A stretch of 64,000 nt of DNA, from positions 168,073 to 232,072 of the forward strand of contig CAWJKV010000007.1 of the NCBI GenBank assembly GCA_963843555.1. Direction: 5' to 3'. Of this stretch, positions 30,974-42,208 are shown one piece after another. The stretch comes from an uncultured Methanosarcinales archaeon (GTDB lineage Archaea > Halobacteriota > Methanosarcinia > Methanotrichales > Methanotrichaceae). Position 1 is the first letter of the stretch, and the number at the start of each line of letters is the position of its first letter. Under the pieces are notes generated by a model. The model had not been told where the DNA came from. It saw only the letters and a program-made list of their open reading frames with translations, and searched no databases. A program made the position numbers and the translations under genes.

Positions 30974-31297
30974 ATGAAACTCTTGAAGCAACGTTTTTTT
31001 CATTCTGAAGAAATTTATCTTACAGACAGGGGGCTTCGCCTCAGGCGCGGGTCAGTGCTCAAGACGGATGGCTCTCGGAAAACCGCTCACGCATTGGGAC
31101 GCATTTTGGAGTCAGGCCAAGAGCTTTCGCTATTCGAAGAGGAAGTGCCGCGCGAAGGCGTCCGCGTCACGCGCAGCTATCAGTTCACGCGATGGATTGA
31201 TGCTTCATCTCACCTCTGGGTGGGGCGCCGCAAAGCTGTTGGACGCGGTGAAGGTTCAAGCGGGCTGCAGTTCGACTCTCTGGATGCAAAAGACTGA
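30974..31297 (+). pseudogene. Probable C-terminal fragment of a larger uncharacterised bacterial-type protein
   Basis: EEEVPREGVRV...RWIDAS.HLWVGRRK..GRGEGSSGLQFD resembles a conserved C-terminus (from recall); N-terminus looks non-coding. Confidence 0.45.
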
Positions 31298-31307
31298 TTG
31301 ATATCGT

Positions 31308-33291
31308 TTATCTTGCCCCGGGCTGCTGCTGGCTGATGCAGTGGATCGTCCCCAGGCCCTGCACCACCTCCCTGCAGTCTATTCCCACGACCTTCCTCTC
31401 CGGGAAAGCCTCCTGAATTATCTGCAGTGCCACTTCGTCGTTCTCGTCTTCGAACACAGGCACCATGACCACATCGTTTCCGATGTAGAAGTTGGCGTAG
31501 CTGGCAGGCAGCCGGCAATCCCCGCCAACGGGTCCTGGCATGGGCAGCTTGATGACATTTAATGGGTTACCATCCTGGTCCGTCTCTCTGCAGAGCTGCT
31601 CATAGTTCTCTCTGAGGGCTGCGTAGTTCTCATCCTCGGGATCGTCCTCATAGGCGCATAGCACCGTCGTCGGATTCACGAAACGGGCGATGTCGTCCAC
31701 ATGGCCGTCTGTGTCGTCTCCGGCGATTCCCTCCTTCAGCCAGATGACCTTTGACGCACCCAGGAATTCCTTCAGATAGGTCTCGATCTCTTCTTTATTC
31801 ATGCCGGGGTTTCGATTCCCGTTAAGCAGACACTGTTCTGTGGTCAGAACCGTCCCGCAGCCGTTGACGTCGATGGAGCCGCCCTCCAGGACTATTCCCG
31901 GCAAGAAGCATTCCATCTTGAGGTCGTCATTGATGAGGCAGGGAATCCTCGTGTCTGCCATCAATCCCGGGTACTTCTCTCCCCAGGCATTGAAGGTCCA
32001 GGCGACCATGGCAAGGTTATTCTTCCCTATCTCCTTTTCCTGGTTTACGACAAAGGTGGGACCATAGTCCCTGAACCAGACATCCGCATAGCCGATCTGG
32101 TGGAATCTGACTCTATGCAGATCGACCTTTTCTCTCCGCAGCCGATCAAGGACAGCGCTCTGCATCATCTCGTCTTTGACCAGCAGATTGACAATCTCGC
32201 TCTTGTGGATGGCTTTGATGATGGCAACGTATGCATCCTCCACTCTCTCGATCACAGGGAAGGTGTCCTGATCATAAGGCCAGGAGAGCCAGATGGCAGC
32301 ATGCTCTTCCCATTCGGCAGGCATGTGGTAGCCGAGCTGCAGAGGTGTATCCTTCAAACTCAATCCAACTGCCTCTTTCTCTCTCTTTTTTCCTGAAACG
32401 TCAACCTTCACCATCTCGATCAGAGGCCAGTAAACATCGGGCCGGCGGTTCCGGAAAAAGCCCCAACCCTCTCGCACCAGTTCGTTCTTGACAAGATCTA
32501 TCTCTGCTATCAGAATCTCTTCCTCGCTGCTGCTGGCTCTGGCCACCATTTTGCCGAAAGAGTCGCACACAAAAGAGCTGCCCCAGAATTTGAGATCCTC
32601 CTCCCAGCCCACCCGGTTGGCTGCGGCAACGTAGACGCTGTTAGCAATGGCGTGGCCCCTCTGCACCGTCTCCCAGGCATCGTGCCAGTCTCCCTCAGCC
32701 TGATCCTTCACACCCTGAATCCAGCCGATGGCGGTGGGATAGAAGATGATCTGGGCTCCGTCGCAGGGCGGCCGCCCTCGCGGCCTCGGGAAACCACTGG
32801 TCATAGCAGATGAGGACGGCAAATTTCGCATAGCGCGTATCGTAAATCCGGATCTCCTCGCCAGGTGTGAAGTAACTCTGCTCGTAAAAGAGTGGATCGT
32901 GGGGAATGTGGATCTTGCGGTAGGTCTCCAGAAGGCTGCCATCGCTATCGATCACTGCCACGGAGTTGTAGTAATCTGCCACATCCTTTTCGAAGACGGG
33001 TACTATTATCACAATCTCCAGCTCTCTGGCCAATTGGGAAAAGGCCGCTGTGGACTCGCCAGGAATGGTCTCCGCCAGAAGAGAGGCATCCTTTTGATCC
33101 CATTGCGGAAAGTAACGCGTCCGGTAAAGCTCCTGCAGGCAGACGATCTTTGCGCCTTTGCTCGCTGCCTCTCGTACCTTTCTAATGGTCTTCTTCAGGT
33201 TTAGATCTCGATCTTCTGCTACTGTGGTTTGAATCAATCCAATGGTGACCCGAGTTGCGATACTATCTGCTGCCATTTTCTTTTTCCCCAT
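31308..33291 (-). CDS. N-carbamoylputrescine amidase (nitrilase) - agmatine deiminase fusion (frameshift near 32762)
   Basis: Nitrilase triad LQEL, YRKIHIP, ICYDQWFPE, then MPAEWE, WFRDYGP, LEGGSI, DTDGHVD, GTIHCISQQQP; the domain junction lies inside one ORF. Confidence 0.92.
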
Positions 33292-33353
33292 AATAGAAGG
33301 AAGCCCGTGGGTTAACTAGCTTTCGGGATTTTCTTTGGACTTTTGAAGATCTC

Positions 33354-34064
33354 TCAAAAAGGCTTTCTTCCTGCCATCAGCCCAATGCAAAGGTACTGCC
33401 AGAGCATATTGACGTCCGATAATCCCGCATCCCGCCACCACTCCTCTTTCTCTCTCTTGCTGGTGTAGTAGTGAGTCTCCAAATCATCCCTCAGCCGGGC
33501 CACAAAGTCGGAAGTGGCCGGATCAACTTTCAGGCGCCTCGTCTCCATCTCCTGGAAGAACCACTCCTGCATATCGCTTCCCTCTTCGGCGTAGCCTTCC
33601 GCCGCCAGGAGCCAGCCGCCTGGTTTGAGCAAGCGAAGGCATTTTTTTATGGCTGCCTTGTAGCGATCAAAGGGCAGGTGCTCCAGGACCAGGGTGGATA
33701 CAATGGCATCAAACTTTTCGTCGCCCAACCCCTCATCCCAATCATCCCGGGAGAGGTCCGCCACCCTGGAGCCCAGGATCGCTTTCGGATATGTGCGGGA
33801 GATCTTCTCTTCGGCTATGCGCACCATTCTCTCCGAGCCGTCGATAAGAAAAACCGATGCCGGAATTCTCTTGAGGATGGCAAGCGTTGCATTGCCAGTT
33901 CCGCAGCCCAGATCGATGATCCTCGGCTCCGGCGGCAGGTATCTGTGAGCCGCCTCTGCCACGAGGTCGATCATCTCCAGGTAGCCGGGCACAACCTGGG
34001 ACTGATAGTGATCATACGCCTGGGCATGCTTGTCGTAGCACGAGACGGTTGCATCCTCGCTCAT
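33354..34064 (-). CDS. Class I SAM-dependent methyltransferase
   Basis: IIDLGCGTG, FDAIVS, LKPGG. Confidence 0.9.
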   Translation of the reverse strand: MSEDATVSCYDKHAQAYDHYQSQVVPGYLEMIDLVAEAAHRYLPPEPRIIDLGCGTGNATLAILKRIPASVFLIDGSERMVRIAEEKISRTYPKAILGSRVADLSRDDWDEGLGDEKFDAIVSTLVLEHLPFDRYKAAIKKCLRLLKPGGWLLAAEGYAEEGSDMQEWFFQEMETRRLKVDPATSDFVARLRDDLETHYYTSKREKEEWWRDAGLSDVNMLWQYLCIGLMAGRKPF

Positions 34065-34126
34065 CGCTTTTCACCATCGTCATCAGTTATATTTAATTTC
34101 GCGCTTTTTTTCCTGGCTTTTTGCGG

Positions 34127-35360
34127 TCAGAGAAATATCCAGTAGACCAGCACATTCAGGACCGTCAGTGGCACGCCCACCCGCGCGAAATCCAGGAAGG
34201 TCAGCGTCTCGCCGCTCTTCTCCGCATTTTGGATTATTATCACGTTGCTTGCGGCGCCCAGGATGAAGAGGTTCCCGGCGATGGTGCTTCCCGCGGCCAG
34301 GGCCATGAGATCCTTTGAAGTGGGATTCAGCAGGAGCGGCTGGAAGAGGGCGACGAATGGCACATTGGAGATGATCTGGCTGAAGAGGACGCTCAGAGCC
34401 AGGATGGCGGGAATGGATGTGAAGCTTGCAGAATTTCCCACCAGGAAGGTCTGGAAAGCTCCCGACCTCCAGACGCTGTCCATCAGTACGAACATGGCCG
34501 CAAAGAAGACAAGAGTGCTCCAGTCAATATTTTTCAGAACATCAAATCTTCTCCCAGATAAGAGGATGATGGGCAGGGCGGAGAGAACGGCGATATAAGT
34601 CAGCCGGAATTCCTCTCCACTGCCGAAAATGACGGCCGCGATCTTTGCCGATATCAATATGAGTAACAAAATCACTGAGATCCGGGAGAGACGGGCAAGC
34701 TTTGGATCCCGGATCTGCTCCTGGCAGATCTGCAAGGGACGGTGCTGGAACTGATCCCTGTAAAAGAGCCGGAGCAGCAGATAAGCCAGCAGAAGGTTGA
34801 CGACTGTAGGAATAAACAGGTATCGCAGGAAGACCAGGAACGGATTGGCCAGACTTCCATTGATGGCGATGAGGAGATTTTGCGGATTGCCGATAGGACT
34901 CAATGCGCTTCCGGTGGTCACGGCAAAGGCCAGAGTCAGGAGGAGCAGTTTGGGGGATATCCTGAGCATCCTTGCCAGGTAGAGCACGAATGGCGTGCCG
35001 ATTATGGCCAGAGTATCATTCATGAGCAGGGCGGATAGAAACCCCATGACAAAGAGAATAAGGAGCACGAGCTGATCCAGATTCTTTGCCCGGCAAAATA
35101 TCTGGTTGAAGAGATGAATGAGATAGCCGCTCTCCGACATGGCCTCTCCTATCACAAACATCCCTGCCCAGGAATATCATCACATCCAGATTTATAGCAC
35201 GAGCTGCAACTTCAGGGGTCGTCTCGCCAAAGATGAGAACTACCAGAGCGCCCAGCAGCATAATCTGCCAGATCTGAAGCTTGAATTCCCCAAACTGCCT
35301 AATGGCTATGAGGATCAGAACAGCAGCCAGAGCTACGACGGAAACATTAGTATCGAGCAT
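34127..35360 (-). CDS. ArsB/NhaD/CitMHS-type anion transporter (frameshift near 35170)
   Basis: SALLMNDT, SPIGNPQN, IDWSTL, SNVP, STIAGN. Confidence 0.88.
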
Positions 35361-35643
35361 ACAATCTAGAATTCCAGGGTTTCTTGACTATTGTTCCCCG
35401 GCTCTTCTCACTGCCATTTATAAAGGGATCGCTATCAAAAAGTTCTGAATCGAGCCAGATAATATTATAAAATTACTCCATTGACCTCGTAATCTCTTAG
35501 AGAAAGATCATAACATATAATCCTGACCGACATCCTTATAGCTTGCAAAAATGCTACATGCTACCACATACCATGACATTTCGTTGAGGGGATGTTGTGT
35601 TGTAGCGGCTGCATAGAGAGCAGCCAAAGGGTTGGTGTTAAGC

Positions 35644-35832
35644 ATGCTCGGCATTGATGATCCTTGGGTCTGGGGCGTCTATCTTCTTTGCATTTTTAGT
35701 ACGCTCTTGTGCGTGATTTACGGCATTATCAACTGGAATCGAGGCGGAGAGCAGGAATCCCAGCAGATTGAAGAGGAAGCTGCATGGGAGACCGGCGAGG
35801 AAGAGATGCAGGAAAAAGAGCTGGGGCTGTGA
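35644..35832 (+). CDS. Symporter small accessory protein
   Basis: MLGIDDPWVWGVY...YGIINWN directly upstream of the SSS gene. Confidence 0.8.
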   Translation: MLGIDDPWVWGVYLLCIFSTLLCVIYGIINWNRGGEQESQQIEEEAAWETGEEEMQEKELGL

Positions 35833-35837
35833 TTTAG

Positions 35838-37424
35838 ATGAATCTCCTTCTTTTAAATGTCATTATCCTGATCTATCTGCTGGCCACGCTATATCTCGGG
35901 TACCGAGGTTGGAAATCCACCAAGGACTCGGAAGGCTACCTGGTGGCGGGCAGGAAGACCCATCCCTATATCATGGCCATGAGCTATGGTGCCACATTCA
36001 TCAGCACCTCGGCCATAGTCGGCTTCGGCGGCATAGCCGGCCTCTACGGCATGGGCCTCTTGTGGCTGACTCTGCTCAACATCTTCGTGGGGATCTTTGT
36101 GGCCTTCATAGTTTATGGGAAGCGCACCAGAAAAATGGGTCACAACCTCAATGCCATGACCTTCCCCGAGCTCTTGGGCAAGCGATTTGATAGCAAATTC
36201 ATCCAGTATTTCAGCGGTCTCGTGATCTTCTTTGGCATGCCGCTCTATGCCGCGGTGGTTTTGATCGGAGCAGCTCGCTTTATGGAGGCAACTCTGGCCA
36301 TAGACTTCAATGTGGCATTGCTCATTTACTCTGTTATCATCGCTGCCTATGTGATCTGGGGAGGTCTGCGCGGAGTCATGTACACCGACGCCTTGCAGGG
36401 CACCATAATGTTTGTGGGCATGGCCCTTCTCCTGGTTATGACTTACTTCCAACTGGGAGGCGTAACGGCTGCTAACCAGGCCCTTACGGATATGGCTTAC
36501 CTGGTTCCGCCAAATCTCGCTGCCCAGGGTGACACCGGCTGGACGTCGATGCCCGCCTTTGGAAGCCCCTGGTGGTGGTCTCTGATATCTACCATTGTCA
36601 TGGGAGTGGGAATAGGAGTTCTGGCCATGCCTCAGCTCGTGGTGCGATTCATGACCGTAAAGTCCAACAAGGAGCTGAACAGGGGCGTATTGATTGGAGG
36701 CATTTTCATTCTGGCCATGACCGGCGTCGCCTTCGTGGTGGGGGCTCTCACTAATGTGTTCTTCTACCAGACACAGAACAACATATCCATAGAGGTTGCC
36801 AAGGGCAATGCCGACAGCATAATTCCCATCTATATCAACGCCGCCACGCCGGAGTGGTTCGTCTACATCTTCATGCTCACGCTTCTGGCGGCAGCTATGT
36901 CGACCTCCAGCTCCCAGTTCCATGCCCAGGGAAGCGCCATAGGCAGGGATATCTACGAGACGCTGACCCGGAAAAAGGGCGGTAGCTCCATACTGATCAC
37001 GAGAGTGGGGATTGTAACTGCCATAATAATTGCCGTCACCCTCGGTTATATCCTTCCCGCGAACATAATAGCCCGCGGCACGGCGATCTTCTTCGGCCTA
37101 TGTGCTGCCGCTTTCCTTCCCATGTACTCCTCTGCCCTCTACTGGCGAGGAGCCACCAGGGCCGGAGCCATGGCAGGCTTAATTACCGGCACATTCGTAA
37201 CCGTCTTCTGGTATCTGTTCATCCACAAAGCCGAGGCAGTACCACTGGGGATATGCAAGATGCTCCTGGGCAGAGACGTCCTGATCACTCAGATGCCCTG
37301 GCCCGTCGTGGATCCAATCGTGGTAGCCCTGCCTGTGGCGATACTGGTAACTGTGGCCGTCAGCCTGGTGACGAAGAAGATGAACGAAAAGCATCTGGAG
37401 GAATGCTTTAAAGGATTGAAATAG
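35838..37424 (+). CDS. Sodium:solute symporter (SSS) family protein
   Basis: YLVAGR, GGLRGVMYTDALQG, PQLVVRF, AAAMST; 13 TM helices. Confidence 0.93.
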   Translation: MNLLLLNVIILIYLLATLYLGYRGWKSTKDSEGYLVAGRKTHPYIMAMSYGATFISTSAIVGFGGIAGLYGMGLLWLTLLNIFVGIFVAFIVYGKRTRKMGHNLNAMTFPELLGKRFDSKFIQYFSGLVIFFGMPLYAAVVLIGAARFMEATLAIDFNVALLIYSVIIAAYVIWGGLRGVMYTDALQGTIMFVGMALLLVMTYFQLGGVTAANQALTDMAYLVPPNLAAQGDTGWTSMPAFGSPWWWSLISTIVMGVGIGVLAMPQLVVRFMTVKSNKELNRGVLIGGIFILAMTGVAFVVGALTNVFFYQTQNNISIEVAKGNADSIIPIYINAATPEWFVYIFMLTLLAAAMSTSSSQFHAQGSAIGRDIYETLTRKKGGSSILITRVGIVTAIIIAVTLGYILPANIIARGTAIFFGLCAAAFLPMYSSALYWRGATRAGAMAGLITGTFVTVFWYLFIHKAEAVPLGICKMLLGRDVLITQMPWPVVDPIVVALPVAILVTVAVSLVTKKMNEKHLEECFKGLK

Positions 37425-37428
37425 ATTC

Positions 37429-38026
37429 TTATTTTTTCGACTTCAGCTCCTTTGGAATAACCCTCGGCACCTCTTTCTGGTAGTCTTCGTACTCTTTGCC
37501 GAACTGATAACGCAGCCTTCTCTCCCAATGAAGTGATCCCAGGAAGAGGTAAACCGATGTCATGGCGTAAAGGACCAATAGCCTGGAGGTCATAAATGGA
37601 GTAAGCCACATCTGCAGGAGACCGGAGAGGAGGAACGGGTCCTGCACGAAGCAATAGATGCCTCGCGGATTTGAGAGGCTCCGGATTCTCGGCCTTGCGG
37701 AGCTGCTGGCTTATGGAGAATCTGTGAGGTGCATTAATGAAGGCGAGGATGGTCGCCATGCTCGCCATGAGCTGACCGGTAACCATCAGCCATCGCCAGG
37801 GCGACTTGATTGTGTAGAGCCTCTTGCCGGGAGACAACAAGAAAAGCAGTGCCAATGGCGCCAGGGTGATGGCGGCGAATATACTGAAGAACTTTACATA
37901 CCAGCTATCCATGCCTGGCCCGAAGATGTGCCAGACGAGACTCTTGAACTGCCTGCTTACCAGGAGGCTATGCAGAGCCGCATAGGCGGGCAGGTAGGCA
38001 AACTGAATGGCGCTGATCATTGACAT
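37429..38026 (-). CDS. ICMT/nurim/MddA-like membrane methyltransferase family protein (frameshift near 37665)
   Basis: HSLL motif; GIYCFVQDP...WLTPFMT...ERRL...FGKEYEDYQKEVP. Confidence 0.65.
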
Positions 38027-38093
38027 AGAGATCAGATCTCCTCTACATTTTGAACTGACTATCCAATCAAGTGCTATTATCTGTAAATCGCAT

Positions 38094-39432
38094 TTAATCA
38101 GGTTTTCGCTTCACCTGCAGCCTCGTCCCCGCCTTTGCCACAATCACTACCTTCTCACCCTTCTCCACCGGCTCCCTTGCCTCTGCTCTCCAGTACTCAC
38201 CCTGGAAAAGCACATAGCCTTCCGGGTCCAGCCTGTCGATGGCCTCTGCTTCCTCGCCATCAAATCGATCATTTTCAGGCGGAGCAAATCTGGCCCGGGC
38301 CACCTTATAAATGGCAAGGGCCAGGAATAAGCCCAGTATCAGCGAGGGCAGAATGAGAGCTAGGGCCATCGACTGCTGGTAGCTTCCCGGTACGTACCAC
38401 TGGGGAAAGCTGGTGGGCACGAAAAGGACGCTGCCGACGATAACGCATATCAGGCCGGCCACGGCCAGAATTCCAAAGGAATGGCTGTGAAGTTCTGCCA
38501 GGATCAGCCCCAATCCCAGCAGGAGCAGGAAAACAGCTCCAATATTCACATTAAAGCCCAGTCCAATCAGGCCCAGTGCTAAAGCCGTCACGCCAAAGAC
38601 TTCTGCACCCACTCCCGGGCTGGAGAGTCCGAACACAAGGGCATAAAGGCCGATCAACATCAGCAATCCGGCAATCGTGGGGTCCGACAGGAGCGACTGG
38701 AACTGCAAGTTGAGTGGCGGCTCAAAATACTCTACCTTTGCCCCCGAGGTGATCAGGGTAGCATTCTTCGCCCTGCTGCCGTTGATCTGGCTCAGCAGAT
38801 CCTCGGGCGAGGCTGCAATGTACTCCACGACGCTGTAGTTCCTGGCCTCATCAGCGTTCAGGTTCAGATTGGAGAGCACGAACTCCCTGGCTGCTGTCGT
38901 GTTTCGCCCGTGCTTTCTCGCTTTCTCCTCGATCAGAGCCACGATAGCATTGATGGTCTTGCTGTCGTTTATCGGCACTGTTCCGCCTGTGGGAGAGAGC
39001 TGCACCGGCTGAGCTGAGCCGATGATAGTATGCGGCGCCATGGCTGCCACATCGGAGCTGACCAGAATGATTGTTCCCGCAGACCAGGCGAAGGCGTCTT
39101 CCGGGTAGACATAGACGACAACAGGCAACTTCGTCTCCTCCATCTGCCTCAGGATTTCCGTGGTCTCTGCCAGGCCGCCGCCCGGTGTGTCCAAAAGAAT
39201 CATCAAAGCCAGGGCCTCTTCCGCCTCCGCTGCACCAATGGCGGCGAGAACAATGTCATCGCTGACGGGCGTAATAGCACCCCGCAACTCGACAGCCAGG
39301 ACCGACCCGTTCGATCCAGCAGAGGCCGAGCTGGCAGGGTTAACAGAGAGCAATAAAATTAAAATTAAAAATAGAAGGTCAATAAAGCCCGCTCTGTTCC
39401 CTGCTCCCGAGCCGGGACCGGATTGCCTTCAT
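38094..39432 (-). CDS. nfeD: NfeD membrane-bound serine protease (possible frameshift in the signal region)
   Basis: LDTPGG, AWSAG, IGSAQP, GEYWRA OB domain; adjacent to stomatin; ATG at 39432 is out of frame with the body. Confidence 0.88.
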
Positions 39433-39439
39433 ATGCCTT

Positions 39440-40300
39440 TTAACTCCTGGATCTTGCTGCCTCAGTATCCGCTTCTCTTAAGGCCGTTCGCTTTGCCTCA
39501 TCCGCCCGGTTCGCTTCCTTTTCGGAAAGCTCCCTGTTTAGAGCCGCCGTCAGACCTGCAATTGAGCCCGTTCCCGTATCGCCGGCAGGAGTGACGACGA
39601 TGAGCGTCTTCTCCCTGGCGATATCTACCAGAGTCTGCAGCTCCCTCAGCTTCAAGGCTGCAGGAACTTCTTCATAAAGCCGGGCGGCATCGGTCATTGT
39701 CTTGGAGGCCTGGAACTCGCCATCCGCCAGAATGATGCGTGACCTCTTTTCCCGCTCCGACTCCGCCTGCTTGGCAATTGCCCTTCTCATCGATTCAGGC
39801 AGAGCGACATCCCGCAGTGTGACTGCTGTTACCTTGATTCCCCAGGGATCGGTATGCTTATCCAGGATCTCTTGCAGCTTCTTGTTCAATTCATCGCGCT
39901 TGCAGAGAAGATCATCCAGTTCGATCTGGCCCAGAACGTCCCGCAAGGTAGTCTGCGACAGCAAAGACGTGGCCATCTTGTAGTTCTCCACCTGAATGAC
40001 AGCTCGAGCGGGATCGACCACCCGGTAGTAGATGACCGCATCCACTTCCACGCTCACGTTGTCCTTGGTTATGACCACCTGCTTGGCCACGTCGATGGTG
40101 AAAACTCTCAGGTCGAGCTGCATCACTCGATCGATGATGGGAATTATAAGAAATATGCCGGGCCCCTTCACACCACTGAAGCGTCCCAGTCGAAATATGA
40201 CCACTCGTTCATACTCTCGAACGATCTTTACAGCCTGGGATAGTACGACCAGCACAATCAGAATCAGCAGAGCTATGATAGCATTATCAAATAAAGCCAA
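39440..40300 (-). CDS. Stomatin/SPFH (slipin) protein
   Basis: EYERVVIFRLGR, TKDNV, QTTLR, AESEREKR. Confidence 0.95.
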   Translation of the reverse strand: MALFDNAIIALLILIVLVVLSQAVKIVREYERVVIFRLGRFSGVKGPGIFLIIPIIDRVMQLDLRVFTIDVAKQVVITKDNVSVEVDAVIYYRVVDPARAVIQVENYKMATSLLSQTTLRDVLGQIELDDLLCKRDELNKKLQEILDKHTDPWGIKVTAVTLRDVALPESMRRAIAKQAESEREKRSRIILADGEFQASKTMTDAARLYEEVPAALKLRELQTLVDIAREKTLIVVTPAGDTGTGSIAGLTAALNRELSEKEANRADEAKRTALREADTEAARSRS

Positions 40301-40417
40301 ATAAACACCATCAGGTAAGCGTCCTTCTTATCTTAAATACCTACCCTGCAATATCCAGAAAAGAGTGAATCAGGTCCGAGAATAGAGACCTGGGCTTAGA
40401 CCTGGGGCACGAATAGA

Positions 40418-40603
40418 CTATTTCTTGAACTCTGTGTAACCGCACTTTCCGCAGCTCTGACGATCTCCATGCTCCGCCAGGAATACGCCGTTTCCACATC
40501 GCGGGCAAACAGATTTCTTGGTCTTGATGGTGTCTCCGCTCACTTCATAGTATTTGGCTGCACCATTTACCTCACCCTTCTTGCCCTTCTTTGCGGCTGC
40601 CAT
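40418..40603 (-). CDS. rps27ae: 30S ribosomal protein S27ae
   Basis: CPRCG...FLAEH...CGKCG. Confidence 0.95.
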   Translation of the reverse strand: MAAAKKGKKGEVNGAAKYYEVSGDTIKTKKSVCPRCGNGVFLAEHGDRQSCGKCGYTEFKK

Positions 40604-40912
40604 CTAGCTTGCCTCCGGCTTGGCTTCCTCGGGCTTGGTGAATGTGTTTCGCTCTATGATATGAACTCTCTCCACCTGCTTGGCCCTTTCTGCAGTCTCG
40701 TAGATCTTGGCATAACCAATGGTCTCGCGCTTTCCAAACTCCGTCTTCATGCTGTCCACGAAGACGAGGCTGCTCTTCGAGTTCATTGTTGCAGCCAATC
40801 TCTCCACAACGCTCTTTCTGGAAGGTGTGGACTCATCGTGAATAACCTTGAAAACAATCTCCCGCCGATTCAGGTTGGGGTTGTTCTTTTCTTCTATAAC
40901 CTGTATATCCAA
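40604..40912 (-). CDS. rps24e: 30S ribosomal protein S24e
   Basis: NPNLNRRE, TPSR, GYAKIY. Confidence 0.95.
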   Translation of the reverse strand: MDIQVIEEKNNPNLNRREIVFKVIHDESTPSRKSVVERLAATMNSKSSLVFVDSMKTEFGKRETIGYAKIYETAERAKQVERVHIIERNTFTKPEEAKPEAS

Positions 40913-40915
40913 CTT

Positions 40916-41446
40916 TCATTCCTCCACTATCATTTGTTTCATAAATTCATCAATTCGCGTCTTCATCTCAGGTGTAACATCGACCAGGACACTTCCCTCA
41001 TCGGGCTGGCCATAAACCACCACGGAACCCAAGGGGGCATAGAGTATGGCTGGAAGAGTCGCCAGATCCTCTTCGCCATCTACTACTATCTTCACCCTCT
41101 GGTCGCCGTTTAGAGATTCTCTGATCACGTCTATGAGCTCTTTTGTCAGAGTTGCCGCAGGGTTTTTTACTTCAATCGTCTTATAGCTATCGTGATCCAG
41201 ACTCGTTACGATGTGATCTGGGACCGGCATCCTCTTGGTTTTGTTGTCGACGACGGCCAGGTCCGGCACTATGGATGCGGTCAAAAGATAGAATGCCGTC
41301 ATATCACCAACTGCTGCAACTTTCTTGGCGGCCATCAGCTTCTTTTTCATAGCTATTGTGCAGTCCAGGCCATTTCCCTTGAACAGCCTGCCCAGAGGAT
41401 CTTTCAGCTGAAGTCGCAGCTCTTCTGGAAGACGGAGTAGACGCAA
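40916..41446 (-). CDS. GTP-dependent dephospho-CoA kinase (DUF359)
   Basis: VGD, VVDNKTKR, VDGEEDL, YGQPDEG; conserved synteny. Confidence 0.9.
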   Translation of the reverse strand: MRLLRLPEELRLQLKDPLGRLFKGNGLDCTIAMKKKLMAAKKVAAVGDMTAFYLLTASIVPDLAVVDNKTKRMPVPDHIVTSLDHDSYKTIEVKNPAATLTKELIDVIRESLNGDQRVKIVVDGEEDLATLPAILYAPLGSVVVYGQPDEGSVLVDVTPEMKTRIDEFMKQMIVEE

Positions 41447-41447
41447 T

Positions 41448-41633
41448 CTATCGCACCTTCAAAGCATACCTTCCGGGAAGGGTAATCTCCAGCTTCTGCG
41501 CGATGATCGACTCTTTGGGATCGATGATCACGACATATCCACTCCAGTCTTTGCTGAGCGAGGCTGAGTTGCAGATGGGACAGACCTGCCCCTCAACTAT
41601 TCTGCGACATTCTCTGCATGCCTGCTCTGTCAT
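41448..41633 (-). CDS. spt4: Transcription elongation factor Spt4 (RpoE'')
   Basis: ACRECR...CPIC...WSG...PGRYALKVR. Confidence 0.95.
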   Translation of the reverse strand: MTEQACRECRRIVEGQVCPICNSASLSKDWSGYVVIIDPKESIIAQKLEITLPGRYALKVR

Positions 41634-42208
41634 TTCGCCTCTGCCTCAACGCTTACTTCCGCTTTAGTATCGGCTTCAAGCCACTCCTGTTTTCCTAAGC
41701 CCGTCTGCCTCATGGTGAGCCCGATCTTGCTCTCGCGAGGCTCTTTTTCATTCAGGCTTACGGCTATAACCCTGGCTCGAACCTTATCCCCTTCTGCTAA
41801 GGACTTGTTCGACTCTTTGCTGACCAGCCGCGCGTTCTTTTCATCATAAGATATATACTCATTGGTGATCTGGCTGACATGCAGAAGGCCATCGAATGGT
41901 CCTAAAGAGAGGAATGCACCGAATTTGACGATCTCCACGATCTCGCCTTCGATGATCTCCTGCATCTCGGGATTGAAGACGAGGGCATCGAAATTCACTT
42001 CGTAGTAAATGGACCCGTCTCCGGCCAGGATGTGACCTTCTCCAATATTATCCGCTCCGAGCACGGCCACGATGGTTCCTAAAGACTTGTCAACTACTGC
42101 CTCGTATTTGTCGCGCAGTGCCTTGTCCACCGCCGCCTCGAGGGGATCACCCAGATGATCCGGCTCGATCTTGGCCACACCCTTAAGCTTCATCTTCTTA
42201 TACATCAA
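41630..42208 (-). CDS. rpoE1: DNA-directed RNA polymerase subunit E' (Rpo7)
   Basis: FGAF, DGLLHVSQI, KIGLTMRQ. Confidence 0.95.
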   Translation of the reverse strand: MMYKKMKLKGVAKIEPDHLGDPLEAAVDKALRDKYEAVVDKSLGTIVAVLGADNIGEGHILAGDGSIYYEVNFDALVFNPEMQEIIEGEIVEIVKFGAFLSLGPFDGLLHVSQITNEYISYDEKNARLVSKESNKSLAEGDKVRARVIAVSLNEKEPRESKIGLTMRQTGLGKQEWLEADTKAEVSVEAEAK

